A stretch of 63,467 nt of DNA, filler included, from Octopus bimaculoides (Eukaryota), in the NCBI RefSeq assembly GCF_001194135.2. It is 6 parts of 6 records of this genome, joined end to end, with 100 filler letters (N's around TTAATTAATTAA, not from the genome) between each part and the next. Parts side by side here need not be neighbours in the genome. Positions count along the whole stretch, not along the records: positions 43,952 to 54,289 come from NW_026305257.1; positions 54,390 to 62,317 come from NC_069009.1; 4 more parts are not named here. One strand, 5' to 3'. Positions 49,665 through 61,720 of this stretch are shown piece by piece (position 1 is the stretch's first letter; each line of letters opens with the position of its first letter). The position numbers were made by a program, and so were the translations under genes. The notes beneath the pieces were generated by a model. It worked only from the letters and a program-made list of their open reading frames with translations, was not told where the DNA came from and made no database searches.

Positions 49665-49890
49665 GTCTTTTTTGTTTCAGTTCATTTGACTGCGGCCATG
49701 CTGGGATTTTAGTCGAACGATGGATTTTAGTCGAACGATGGATTTTAGTCGAACGAATCGACCGCAGGACATATATATATTTTTTTAAAGCCTGGTATAT
49801 ATTCTACCCTCTCTATTGCCGAACTGCTACGTTGTAGGGACGTAAACACACCAACACCGGTTGTCAAACGGTGTTGGGGGAACAAACACA
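49665..49890 (-). mobile_element. SINE family A with an internal 18-bp triplication (49704-49756)
   Basis: (ggattttagtcgaacgat)x3 inside the family A body. Confidence 0.85.
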
Positions 49891-49892
49891 GT

Positions 49893-49930
<38 letters not shown>

Positions 49931-50493
49931 GAGACAGACTTACATGCGCGCGCGCGCGCACACACACATATCTGGTCACTATGTGGACCACCCTAAACTA
50001 GAAGTATGCAAATTAGTCTTGTAGAACCCGCTTCATGGTGATGTAAGAAGAGGGGAAACATCGAAACATCGTCACACATCGACAACCTGATTGCAGAAAC
50101 TGACCTACAATGCACCCAGGACATCGAAGTAGTGATGATGGACCTAGACTTGTGGCGGGTAGATTTTGTTGCTACGGTCCGTGTTGGAACCTGGTCATAA
50201 TGATAATTAACCAATATGTCTTATAGATCGAGCAATAATTTTAACGGGTTTTCGTTGATGTTATTAGTGAAGTTAGTTGCCGTTGTTGTAATTATTTAAC
50301 GGCAATTTTTCCTGGAATAAACTGAGGTGTGATCACAGCCGCTCACGCTGCGTAAGTAGTGCGACTTATTGTTTCTGAAAATGAAATACCATCAAACAAC
50401 TGCCAAGATCGCTGAAAAGAAGATCCGAGGTATTTTCTTACTGTCGTCTTGGAAAACCATTGCGACTGTAGTATACATTCTGATCCACACATG

Positions 50494-50527
<34 letters not shown>

Positions 50528-51223
50528 TGATCCTATCATAGATCAAAGTACCGCAGTACTGTCACATAAAGCCAATGCAGTAAACATTTAACGAAGCACA
50601 AGCAGTTCTGTCATCAATTAGATCAAAAGCCATCTTCCACCTGACCGACATTGAGCAATGAAAACCGATGAAAGAGAAATTTTACTAGCAATTGGCATTC
50701 AAATTGGTGTCGCTCTAACTGGAAGAGTAGGATAATACAGCAAGTTTTCACGGAGCTTAACCAACCATGGTGAAACATGCTTCCATTCCACCATGGAATT
50801 TTTCAGCCAGGGATTTGCCCTTTTCGGCCACCTACAGATATAGTATGAAATACATAATAGAGATGATAAAAATCGATCAATGTCTGTGCCTAAGGCTTCG
50901 TAGACAACGAATGCATTTTCCCGCAAAAGAACCGATCTACATCATTGGATGCAAATGAAGCCACGTTTGTTGCATCAGAGTTTTCCTTCTCCAAAGGGAT
51001 GCGTAAATAAAGTGAGAGGTTCTTTCATTCCATGCTATTAAATGACTGTTGACTGTGTTGAATTAAGTCACCCTTCGAGGGTGCAGTTTTTTTGTCCAGT
51101 AGGAACCACCTTACCGAGTAGGTTTAGAGTGTTTGCCGGTCTAGTCCCCGACAGCACGACACACTCTACCGGCTTACGCGTTGCCAGTATGCTAAGGGCA
51201 ATATGATGCATACACACATATGT

Positions 51224-51470
51224 GGAGGCGCGTGGCTGAGTGGTTAAGGTGTTGGATTCATGATCGTAAGATTGTGGTTTTGATTCCGAGATCGGGCGAT
51301 GCGTTGTGTTCTTGAGCGAAACACTTCATTTCACGTCGCTTCAATTCGCTCAGCTGGTAAAAACGAGTAATCCAGCAACGAACAGGCATCCCGTTCAAGT
51401 GGGGAATATATACTCCAGAGAAACCGGGAAAACGACCCGAGGAATCTACAAGACTCGGGAAAGAACTTTA
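51224..51470 (+). mobile_element. SINE family D
   Basis: ggaggcgcgtggctgagtggttaaggtgttggattcatgatcgtaag...gaaagaactttacttta. Confidence 0.85.
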
Positions 51471-51579
51471 CTTTATACAGGCATAAATGCATACATACAT
51501 ACATACATACATACATACATACATACATTGCATCATGTTGAACCGTTAATCCCTACACATATTTTTATCTCTCCGTTTT

Positions 51580-51720
51580 CTTTCCGTTCTTGTCAACCCT
51601 TTCCATCGAAGAACTTAGGCTCGAAACATCAAAGACTTTCCCATTCTTCCTGAGCGTTAAACTAATACACTTGCTTATTGTTCCTTCACCTGTTTTCGAT
51701 GTTTGTTTTCCGTATATTTG
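51580..51720 (+). mobile_element. Degenerate second copy of the PLE-type repeat at 3560-3706 (HHR core decayed)
   Basis: gaagaacttaggctcgaaacatcaaagactttcc...gagcgttaaactaatacac aligns with the 3560-3706 minus strand. Confidence 0.7.
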
Positions 51721-52021
51721 AGCTATACATACATACACACAAGCACGCACACACCTTCACACACAAACATATGGAGACATATTGACAGAGAGACAGATTG
51801 ACGAGTATGATGTAAAGATACTTGACTTGGCAGTTACTCAATAGCAAGTTCCAGGAAATCTGAAACACCTAAGCTTACTTTTTTCGAACTGCGTAAACAC
51901 ACCACTCACACAGACACAGATTGAGCATGCGCATGCCTACACTTTGAGACAGAAATATACGTATATCTTAGGTATGCAAGAGTGTGCGTATCCGGGAGAG
52001 TGCGTGTGAGAGACAGAGATT

Positions 52022-52058
<37 letters not shown>

Positions 52059-52219
52059 TGATTTATGCATCTTTTCTTATACACTTACGTTTCAGAACTT
52101 CAGTTCAGCAGTATCACTGATTGCAGGTGGGCTGGACTGCGGATTGAACCGGGGACCCTCTGATTAAAGGTCGGTAGGTCTTCCTTTCGGTTTCACTCCC
52201 ATCCTCTCTATCACCCTCA

Positions 52220-52272
<53 letters not shown>

Positions 52273-53206
52273 NNNNNNNNNNNNNNNNNNNNNNNNNNNN
52301 NNNNNNNNNNNNNNNNNNNNNNNNNNNNNNNNNNNNNNNNNNNNNNNNNNNNNNNNNNNNNNNNNNNNNNNNNNNNNNNNNNNNNNNNNNNNNNNNNNNN
52401 NNNNNNNNNNNNNNNNTATATATATATATATATATATATATATGCATGTCTGTGTGTGTGTGAATGAGTATTACTATCTCTGTCTATTGATTGGCACATA
52501 CGTATGTAGGTAGGGCGGTGTGTCGGTTGGTATTTGATTTTTATGGAAAAAGGCGTGGATTGAGTTTAGTTCTGTTTCAGCGAAAGGGGTTTGGGTTGGA
52601 GAATACCAATGCCTGTGAGAATTGACTGGTGGTAGTGGAGGAGGAGGAGGAAGAGGAGGTGATGAAATTTTGATGTGATAAAGTTGGAATGTGAACGAAA
52701 GGTATGGGGGCGTGATCTTGGCTTGATGGTGGTGGGGTATACGCCATCCGATAACGTACAGTTGTGGCGTTGATGTTGTTGTTATTGTTTTTGTTGTTGT
52801 TGTTCTGGTGGTTTTTGTTGTAGATGGTGGTTGTTGGTTGTGATGGCGGTGGTGGTCGTAATTGGGACGATTACGAGAGGATTAGCAGCGACGGCGTTGG
52901 AGTGTTTCTTTTGGTGATGTTGGGAGTTGTAAACTGTAATTCAAAAATTAACATGATAATTATAAATCGGGCTGTGAGGAAGAATGGTGAAGTAGATGTT
53001 GATGATGATGATTATGAAGATTATGATGATGATGATGAGGGGTGGTAATGATGCTGAAAATTGTGATGGTGGGTATAATATATAAACGAGTGAGTGGACA
53101 TATGTATATTTATATATATATAATATACACACATACAAACACACGTATACATACGAGTGAGTGGACACACACACACACACACACACATATATAGGGGGGG
53201 TCTTAC

Positions 53207-53238
<32 letters not shown>

Positions 53239-53239
<1 letters not shown>

Positions 53240-53460
53240 GACGGCGAGCTGGCAAAGTCGTTAGCACGCTGGGAAAAATCCTTAGTGGCATTTCGTCCGT
53301 CTTTTCGGTCCGAGTTCAAATTCCACCGAGGTCGACTTTGCCTTTCATCCCTCAGGGTCCATAAAAATAAGTACCAGTTGAGTCCTGGGGTCGATGTAAT
53401 CGACTTACCCACTACCTCGAAACTGCTGGCCTTGTGCAAAAAAATCTGAATTCATTATTA
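53239..53460 (+). mobile_element. SINE family E
   Basis: gacggcgagctggcaaagtcgttagcacg...ggggtcgatgtaatcgacttacc. Confidence 0.85.
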
Positions 53461-53976
53461 TTATTATTATTGTTATTAAATTTGAGTCAGGAATTCACTA
53501 CAGTCACAATCTAAACTACGACTCAACGATGAACATCCGACTTCGTCGTTAATACACCCATCACTACCAAAACAACCGCCAACACCACCTGAACTACCAG
53601 GATTATCGGCCCCACTTCTGCCAACCCCTACTTTATTGCACCTTTTATTGTTTTCATTGCCGTTTGGTGGCGTTACTGCTGGTGGTGGTGTTGCTGGTTG
53701 TTAACTTGTACTTGTTACTGTCATCATGTCTTTCCGTGGCGGAGGCGGTGTGGCTGCGATGATATTGGTGACGAAGGTGTGGTGTTTCCTCTGATGTTAC
53801 GATGGAGCGAGCCATGAGCAAGTCATTATGTATTGTTGATTCAAATGAAAGCTAGACATCTGGTCTAAATGATGAAAGCTAGACAGACAGACGCGAAAGA
53901 GGCATTTTGTAGTCGACTCTTCAGTTGTTATGCGATTATGGACGCTGTTTCTTTTTGTCTGTACACTACAAGCAAA

Positions 53977-54222
53977 GGCGGGTGGCTCAGTGCTTAGGTT
54001 ATTCACTGCACAATCGTAACGTCGTGAGTTCGATACCTAGTGATGCGTTGTGTTCTTGAGCAAGACAATTTTATTTCACATTGTTCGAGCAAATCGACTC
54101 CAGGACTTATTCTTTGGAAGCCTAGTACTTATTCTATCGGGCTATTTTGCCGAACCGCTAAGTTACGGGGAGGTAAACACACCACCATCGGTTGTCAAGC
54201 GATGTTGGGGGGACAAACATAG
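53977..54222. mobile_element. Family D head (+, 53977-54083) abutting a family A fragment (-, 54083-54222)
   Basis: Recognisable family sequences in opposite orientation. Confidence 0.75.
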
Positions 54223-54236
54223 ACACACACATACAT

Positions 54237-54289
<53 letters not shown>

Positions 54290-54516
54290 NNNNNNNNNNN
54301 NNNNNNNNNNNNNNNNNNNNNNNNNNNNNNNNNTTAATTAATTAANNNNNNNNNNNNNNNNNNNNNNNNNNNNNNNNNNNNNNNNNNNNATATATGTATG
54401 TGTATATATATGTACCCACATATATATATACGTATATATATGTGTATATATATATATATATGTATATACGTACATATGTATGTGTGTATATATATATATA
54501 TATACGTATATATATA

Positions 54517-54565
<49 letters not shown>

Positions 54566-54949
54566 GTATATATGTGTGTGTGTGTTTATGTATATGTGTA
54601 AATATATACATACGCTTATATATATTGTTTATATAATGCGTATATGTGTGTCTTATCTTTGCACATATGAATAAAATATATATGCCTGTATATTAATACA
54701 TAAATATACAAACACACGCACGCACGCACACACACACACACACACGTATCCCACAGTTAAGCCCAAAACACCCGAGAAATACCCGTCTATTGACTCAACC
54801 ATCACAATAACAGAAAATAACAAAACTTGTTTATCTTACAAAATATTCTCACGACCTGATACAACCCCAACCACTGCGCCACTTCTTCTGGTACCACCCC
54901 CACCACCACCATCCACACAGAACACCGTTTAAAGAGTCAACAGGGCAAC

Positions 54950-55380
54950 CACCATGTGGTCGATTAATTTGCTAGAAACAACAACTGCAGCCAATTAATC
55001 CATCTTTAAATTACGTCCTACTGTCTTAAGGAAAAGGAAGTACGTAATTGATAATGTTGTCCTAGATACACTTAGGTCTGAATAAAAGATGGTATTGTTC
55101 ATACGATAGGTCTGCTCAGCGAAGACTGACCATGGGGCTAAACAACAACTATAGTCACTAATATCTATTATACTATACATTAGATTAATGTAGTCCTAGA
55201 TACACTTAGGTCTGAAGAAAAGAAAGAATGGTCACAGCTGGACCATGTTTGATATTAGGTATGCTGGATCAGGAGGTCCTAGATACACCATCACTGATTA
55301 GAAGATAGGATGGTCACATCTGGTACATCTTCGATCGTAGGACTACTGGAGCAGGACTGGACTTAGGCTAAGCAATTACT
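54950..55380 (+). repeat. Dispersed repeat family F with three tandem degenerate subunits (gtcctagatacac...atggtcac...) and a (CAA)n-like end
   Basis: gtcctagatacac recurs near 55059, 55192 and 55275; related pieces lie near 10560-10625, 10690-10770 and 14620-14735. Confidence 0.6.
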
Positions 55381-55511
55381 ACTACTACTACTAGAGTTTT
55401 GAATATTAAGTTATGAAGATCGCTTCCCCATCGCATAGTCTTTAGGGCTCAGCCTAGTTTGTAACATCTTGGGACTGCGTCTTCTAGAATAGCTTTGTGG
55501 AAGTGGTAGAC

Positions 55512-56116
55512 CAGTGGTTCTCAACTGGGATCCATATGGCTCCTGAGGGTTCATATAAGATCTTGCGGGTACAACGCAAAAAAATAGTAAAATAGTAAAT
55601 TGGGCATTGTCAATGGTATTTGAAGAGCCCCTGAAAACATTTTGCTTTAAATGTATTTATTGCAAGAAACAGCTCAGTTCCTTTGTCTAACATTTTACAG
55701 AGGTCAACCAACACAAGTGAATGTGTGAAAAACAAAATAGGAATTTCGAAAGAAGTATCTACGAGGTCTTACAGTCCGGATACTTATTGGATTAGACCAG
55801 GGGTTTTCAAACTTTTTGACTTACAGACCCCTTTATATTTCAGGCTTTACTTTAGGGACCCCCTTATAAACGCTTATGAAATTTATACATAAATATTTGT
55901 TTAAAATAACATATATTTTTACATTTATTTATTTAACAGTATTTAACAAATAGGTTTATTGTCAATTAAAAGATTTCGATTAAAAAACATATATAAAATC
56001 AAATTGCCCATAAAAAGTATTTGCTGTCTACGAACCCCCTGTGGTCCGCGGACCACAGTTCGAAAACCCTTGGATTAGACCACGTACATAACTAGTTTTC
56101 AAACGTTGAATGGCTA
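55512..56116. mobile_element. Old hAT (Charlie/Buster-type) MITE that hosts a younger MITE
   Basis: Starts cagtggttctcaac; putative TSD tggtagac / tggtagtc (7 of 8); right TIR degenerate. Confidence 0.5.
55798..56072. mobile_element. hAT (Charlie/Buster-type) MITE with a perfect 8-bp TSD
   Basis: TIRs caggggttttcaaac / gttcgaaaacccttg (13 of 15); TSD gattagac at 55790-55797 and 56073-56080. Confidence 0.9.
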
Positions 56117-56280
56117 TGGTAGTCCAATAGAATGAAATAGTAATGAAAAGAGTCCCGAGATTNNNNNNNNNNNNNNNNNNNNNNNNNNNNNNNNNNNNNN
56201 NNNNNNNNNNNNNNNNNNNNNNNNNNNNNNNGTAAACGAAAACATTTTTGAACTCTGAGTGGAAGATGTTCGTGTATGTA

Positions 56281-56600
56281 TAATTCTTTAATTCTTTAAA
56301 GTGTTTCAGCTTTAATGCTGCGGTTATGCTGGGACACCAGCGTCGGCTGTGTTACACCATTCTTTGAAACCTCCTCTGATATGTGGTATTTGGTCAACGA
56401 GGGAGTTTGATGCTACTGTCCTCATCTGTGTTTCCTGGTGTGACAGGAGGAGATCCAGTTTTGTTTTAAAGACACTTACATCCACACTATGCAGGTTTCT
56501 CAGGCATTTTGGGAAAATATTGGAGAGCTGTGGGCCCTTGAAACCCAAGCTGTTGCAGTATCTGGTCCTGTATTTTGATGGTGATACCGGGATATAATAT
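56281..56600 (-). mobile_element. CR1/L2-like LINE 3' end (paralogue of 5070-5580)
   Basis: SKYRTRYCNSLGFKGPQLSNIFPKCLRNLHSVDVSVFKTKLDLLL...SNSLVDQI; tail ends in aaagaatta repeats. Confidence 0.8.
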
Positions 56601-56884
56601 ATATAAATTAGAAATGGAAACAAAATAAATTGAATAATCGAATGATAAATTCAACCCAATTAATTATTTCTATATAAACAAATAACAACTGAAGTTACAG
56701 TTGTTTCTATTTCATTAACTAGGCTTTGTTTAAAATTACAAATTACCTTTAAAAATATATATATAATCAGGTTTCTTCAAACAAAAATATATTCTTAAAA
56801 TATTTAACGAAAATAGCAAGTAAACATTTACTATAAGTATAACACATTGAAAACGCTATATTGAGAGCGAGTTTAATATACATG

Positions 56885-56974
<90 letters not shown>

Positions 56975-57167
56975 GGCAGGCAGACAGACAGACAGACAGA
57001 TAGATAGATAGATATAGAAATTAATAGTTATGGTCAGTCAAAGGGCGACCATTGGTTTTGCACCTATAAAGGGCTTAGCCGTATAGGCGACTCGTTTCAG
57101 TCATGAGACTGCGGTCTTGCTGGGACACTGATTGCGAGGGTTTAGCCGAACAAGTAAACCCCAGTAC

Positions 57168-57323
57168 CAGAGGCGTAGCCGGGTTCTAATTTTAGGGGGC
57201 AGCGAGCACAAAAAAAGTACCATAATACAAACCAAATAAAAAATTGTTGAAAAGGCGCTAATTTTGAAGAATCTGCTCGGGGAGAGCGGCCACTCCCTTT
57301 GATCCCCTATTAGTAAGCCACTG
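57168..57323. mobile_element. hAT-type MITE inserted into an old family A SINE (about 57095-57465, minus strand)
   Basis: Ends cagaggcgtagc / agtaagccactg; flanks cccagtac / tcctgtac (6 of 8). Confidence 0.6.
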
Positions 57324-57499
57324 TCCTGTACTTAAAGGCTTTTGCTTTTTTTTTCCGTTACTTTTTCTGATTTTAGTCTGGTGCTTTCGGTTCTTTTGCC
57401 GAAAGTATTAGATATCGCTTTCTTTTGCTGATCCGCTAAGTTACGGGGATGTAAACAGAATCAACACAAAAATTACCTCACAAAGCTTGGATCAACCTG

Positions 57500-57593
57500 G
57501 AGACACTTGCACAAAGTGCCGCGCTGTAGGACTGAACTCAAAAGCATTTGATTGCATAGCGAGCTTCTTAACCACACATCCACGCCAGCGCCC
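57500..57593 (-). mobile_element. SINE family B, 5' half (old)
   Basis: gacacttgcacaaagtgccgcgctgtaggactgaactc...cttcttaaccacacatccacgcc. Confidence 0.7.
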
Positions 57594-57660
57594 ATATGTG
57601 TGTGCTCGTGCACGTGCGCGTGTATATATNNNNNNNNNNTATATATATATATAGTATAGT

Positions 57661-57894
57661 ATAGTATAGGACGTCATAATAGAATTCAGTTTCAAATGCC
57701 GGAGTTAAGAGCTTCGGGGCATTTTCATCAGCTATTTTGACGATAGACGCTATGAAAAAAGCCATTGAATAAAAGGGAAGTTACTCTAATAGACATGAAA
57801 AAAATATAAAAGATATAAAAAGCCTCGAAGATCTTAGTTCCGGCATTTGAAACTCCGAGGTCTATTATGACAACTTACTGATTGTCCTCTACTA
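57661..57894. mobile_element. Unclassified MITE with ~55-bp inverted ends
   Basis: gtcataatag...gtttcaaatgccggagttaagagcttcgggg vs cctcgaagatcttagttccggcatttgaaact...ctattatgac; outer atagtataggac / gtcctctactat. Confidence 0.7.
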
Positions 57895-58280
57895 TATTTA
57901 GATATATAAATTCTTCTATTTACATAATATCGCGGTCTCATTCTTTTGTTGTCATTTTATTATTGTTATTTATACGTGGCCCACCCTGTGTGCACAGGGT
58001 GGTCCAGGTCACAAAAATATGAAACTACAGTTGCTGCAACAGCTGAAGTCACTATAGTATCCCCCACAGATCGCAACATGCAGCTAGACTTCGTTATTTC
58101 TGGCCCACTCTTTGCACAGGCTGTTCGCAACAAATGTGTATATACTGAGTGCCTACAGAGTCGGTGTTTATTTTTAATAAACATTTTATTTTCAGAATTT
58201 AATAGAATCTCCGGCAGCAGGCGTGGCTGTGTGGTAAGAAGTTTGCTTCCCAACCGCGACCCTTCATTAGTTGTCGGCTG

Positions 58281-59033
58281 GGATCTTTTTTAAAACGGGG
58301 GTCACATTTTTCATTAATGTTTTACGTAGTGTTTTTGGTACCGAAAGACTTTCAAACTTCGTATACTTATCTATTTTGTGTTATAGAACAGAAAAATAAT
58401 TTTGTATTCGAATTTATTTCATGTAAAAAATTGTCTTATTTCGATAATTTCAACCAATCACTGACAAGTATTCAGTTGTTTACCTTTACTCCTTTGGCTC
58501 ATTAAGCGATGTAAAGCGTATTTAATCTCCATACCTTCGTTTTATTTGCTTTTTTCATTTTAAATTTGCTTTAACCCTAACCTTAACNNNNNNNNNNNNN
58601 NNNNNNNNNNNNNNNNNNNNNNNNNNNNNNNNNNNNNNNNNNNNNNNNNNNNNNNNNNNNNNNNNNNNNNNNNNNNNNNNNNNNNNNNNNNNNNNNNNNN
58701 NNNNNNNNNNNNNNNNNNNNNNNNNNNNNNNNNNNNNNNNNNNNNNNNNNNNNNNNNNNNNNNNNNNNNNNNNNNNNNNNNNNNNNNNNNNNNNNNNNNN
58801 NNNNNNNNNNNNNNNNNNNNNNNNNNNNNNNNNNNNNNNNNNNNNNNNNNNNNNNNNNNNNNNNNNNNNNNNNNNNNNNNNNNNNNNNNNNNNNNNNNNN
58901 NNNNNNNNNNNNNNNNNNNNNNNNNNNNNAAGACTAAGAGAAAAAGATGTTTTATATGACACATTCTACCAGTGTTCCAAGTTTCAAAGTGTTTCGTTAA
59001 TGAAAAATGTGGCCCCCGTTTTAAAAAAGATCC
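58281..59033. mobile_element. Non-autonomous DNA transposon with 37-bp TIRs starting GGATC and a perfect 8-bp TSD (Merlin-like?)
   Basis: TIRs are identical at 36 of 37 positions; TSD gtcggctg at 58273-58280 and 59034-59041; interior partly in an N-gap. Confidence 0.85.
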
Positions 59034-59486
59034 GTCGGCTGTCTATCTATTTCTCATTTCGAGCATTGAACGACAATATGAGTCTTCGAAGACAATTGCT
59101 ACCATAAGTACCAAAATAAGATTTTAGATTTATGGAGGGTCAAAACTGGGAACAAAAACAGGATAGTGGAGACATACAAGGAAACCGGAGGGTCGTTAGA
59201 CCAGAACGAGGGTAAAATATCGAACGCTGGAAAAATATTTTCTTTGACAAGAGAAAAGATGGAAGAGAGTCCTGAAGGAAAAGATGGACGATGGTCACAT
59301 GTGAGCAATGAGAGAGAGAAAAGGAGAAAGAGGGGAGAGAGAGAGAGATAGAAAACGGTGAAGGGGAGAAAAGGATGAGAGAGAAAAACATACATTACTT
59401 ATATACACAAATATACATGCATACACACAACACATACGTAAATATACATAGGCGAACGTACACAAATATATATACATTACATAAGT

Positions 59487-59524
<38 letters not shown>

Positions 59525-60613
59525 TTGAAATACATTAACATAAACGATTCACCGGAAAAATAAATTACAGAAGTAAAAAATTTTTACGGAAATTGCTGAA
59601 CAGATAGTTTCATTTTTGCACCCATTTATACCTAAAGGCAATACTCCAGCATGGCCGCAGTCTTGTGGGTGAATCGAGAAAATTGAGTAAAAATTCTTAT
59701 AACCTGTACGAAATAACTGCCATCATTCTCCTTCCTTCCCTTTTATTTCTTCTGTTATCATGAACCCTTGGGGGTCAGAAGTAGGCCGTCCCACACCGAC
59801 ACCTTACCATCATCATCAGGAACATAGACCCACTTGCCTTCTGTTTGTGCGCCGACCCCTCTACAGCTGACACGCCTGTTCTTTCTCCCTCCCCTGTGAA
59901 CCGTTTCATCCACAAGTGCGGTTTTGTGTTAATTTAAGTGTAGTTCCTGAGGTCAGTGGGTGTATATGTGTACAACGAGTATACAAGCGTTTACTGTATG
60001 TATACATGGATGTGTTTGTGAGTGTGTGTGTGTATAATATATAGTTTAAAATTGTACAAAAAAACAGAAGACATATATCTAGTATATTGTATACCTATAT
60101 ATGTGAATGTGTATATATACATGTGAATGTTTATATATCTACAGATATGTGTATGCGTTTGTATTATATATGCATATTTGCATATATAATACGTATGTGT
60201 GTGTGTGTGTGTATAGACACACATACATGCATATACATACTCACACACACACTCACATCTATAAGCCATTGTCGTTGCATAGTTACTATCTTGGGTGTAT
60301 AGAAAATATCACATCTACTTCCTCCCTCACTCTCTCTTTCTCTCTCAGCGCCATAAATATGTCTGTGTGTGTAACACAGTTCACTGAAATGTTGAGTTCA
60401 ATTCCAGGTCGTGTGTGTGTGTGTATGGTGGAAATCACGCATTACCATATTGTTCAGAAAAGTTTTTCAGAACGACGAGGGTTCGAGTTCTCTTATACTG
60501 CGCTACAACATATATGCGTGACTGTGTGCGGGGTGTATTATTGGCCACTGAAACGCTGGTAGTGAGTGCATCTAAGATATTAACTATTTGTTTTGTTTCC
60601 TCTTTTAAACCAC

Positions 60614-60657
<44 letters not shown>

Positions 60658-61198
60658 NNNNNNNNNNNNNNNNNNNNNNNNNNNNNNNNNNNNNNNNNNN
60701 NNNNNNNNNNNNNNNNNNNNNNNNNNNNNNNNNNNNNNNNNNNNNNNNNNNNNNNNNNNNNNNNNNNNNNNNNNNNNNNNNNNNNNNNNNNNNNNNNNNN
60801 NNNNNNNNNNNNNNNNNNNNNNNNNNNNNNNNNNNNNNNNNNNNNNNNNNNNNNNNNNNNNNNNNNNNNNNNNNNNNNNNNNNNNNNNNNNNNNNNNNNN
60901 NNNNNNNNNNNNNNNNNNNNNNNNNNNNNNNNNNNNNNNNNNNNNNNNNNNNNNNNNNNNNNNNNNNNNNNNNNNNNNNNNNNNNNNNNNNNNNNNNNNN
61001 NNNNNNNNNNNNNNNNNNNNNNNNNNNNNNNNNNNNNNNNNNNNNNNNNNNNNNNNNNNNNNNNNNNNNNNNNNNNNNNNNNNNNNNNNNNNNNNNNNNN
61101 NNNNNNNNNNNNNNNNNNNNNNNNNNNNNNNNNNNNNNNNNNNNNNNNNNNNNNNNNNNNNNNNNNNNNNNNNNNNNNNNNNNNNNNNNNNNNNNNNN

Positions 61199-61260
<62 letters not shown>

Positions 61261-61264
61261 TGTA

Positions 61265-61416
61265 ATATAGCGGTTCGGCTAAGTAAAACCGATAGAAAAA
61301 GTACTAGGCTTAAAAAATAAGTCTTGGGGTTGATTTGTTTGACTAAAAACACTTCAAGGCAGTGCTCCAGCATGGCTGCAGTCAGATGATTGAAACAAGT
61401 AAAAGAATAAAAGAAT
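61265..61416 (+). mobile_element. SINE family A
   Basis: gcggttcggc...ggcagtgctccagcatggctgcagtcagatgattgaaacaagtaaaagaataaaagaat. Confidence 0.85.
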
Positions 61417-61720
61417 ATATAATATATTGGTTGGTGATATGATTCAACAAAGATAGCGCTCCATCTAGCGAGAGTAAAATATTTCTGTTTAAGGATCACA
61501 ATACATATCTTCGGGCGTTACTTACAGTTTCACGTGTTTGAAAATCCAAACACGTTCTTCAGGCGCAGATAACATTAGTTTGTTTCACATGAAATGTCGA
61601 ATTTTTAATTACTTGTTATTTCAGGCATTTAAAAACTCAATTATGTATACCTTGCATTTAATCTTGACTCTTTTTCTGTCCCAACAATACTGGTATACAA
61701 AATTCGTACCCACAGACCTT

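Noticed and set aside
50350-51000. Protein-like minus-strand translations (YYSRNGF..., LIDFYHLYYVFH...)
   Set aside because: Interrupted by stops and not assignable to a family; possibly an old transposon.
52129-52200. tRNA-Lys-like 3' half (gacctttaatcagagggtccccggttcaatcc) on the minus strand
   Set aside because: No D-arm or acceptor stem can be formed; not called as a tRNA.
52685-52706. tggaatgtgaacgaaaggtatg resembling miR-1
   Set aside because: Several mismatches outside the seed and no complementary arm for a precursor hairpin.
864-61499. Long ORFs in the supplied track (YIYI, HTHT, CVCV, poly-L/S/I, X-runs)
   Set aside because: They are translations of microsatellites and N-gaps with no coding signal.
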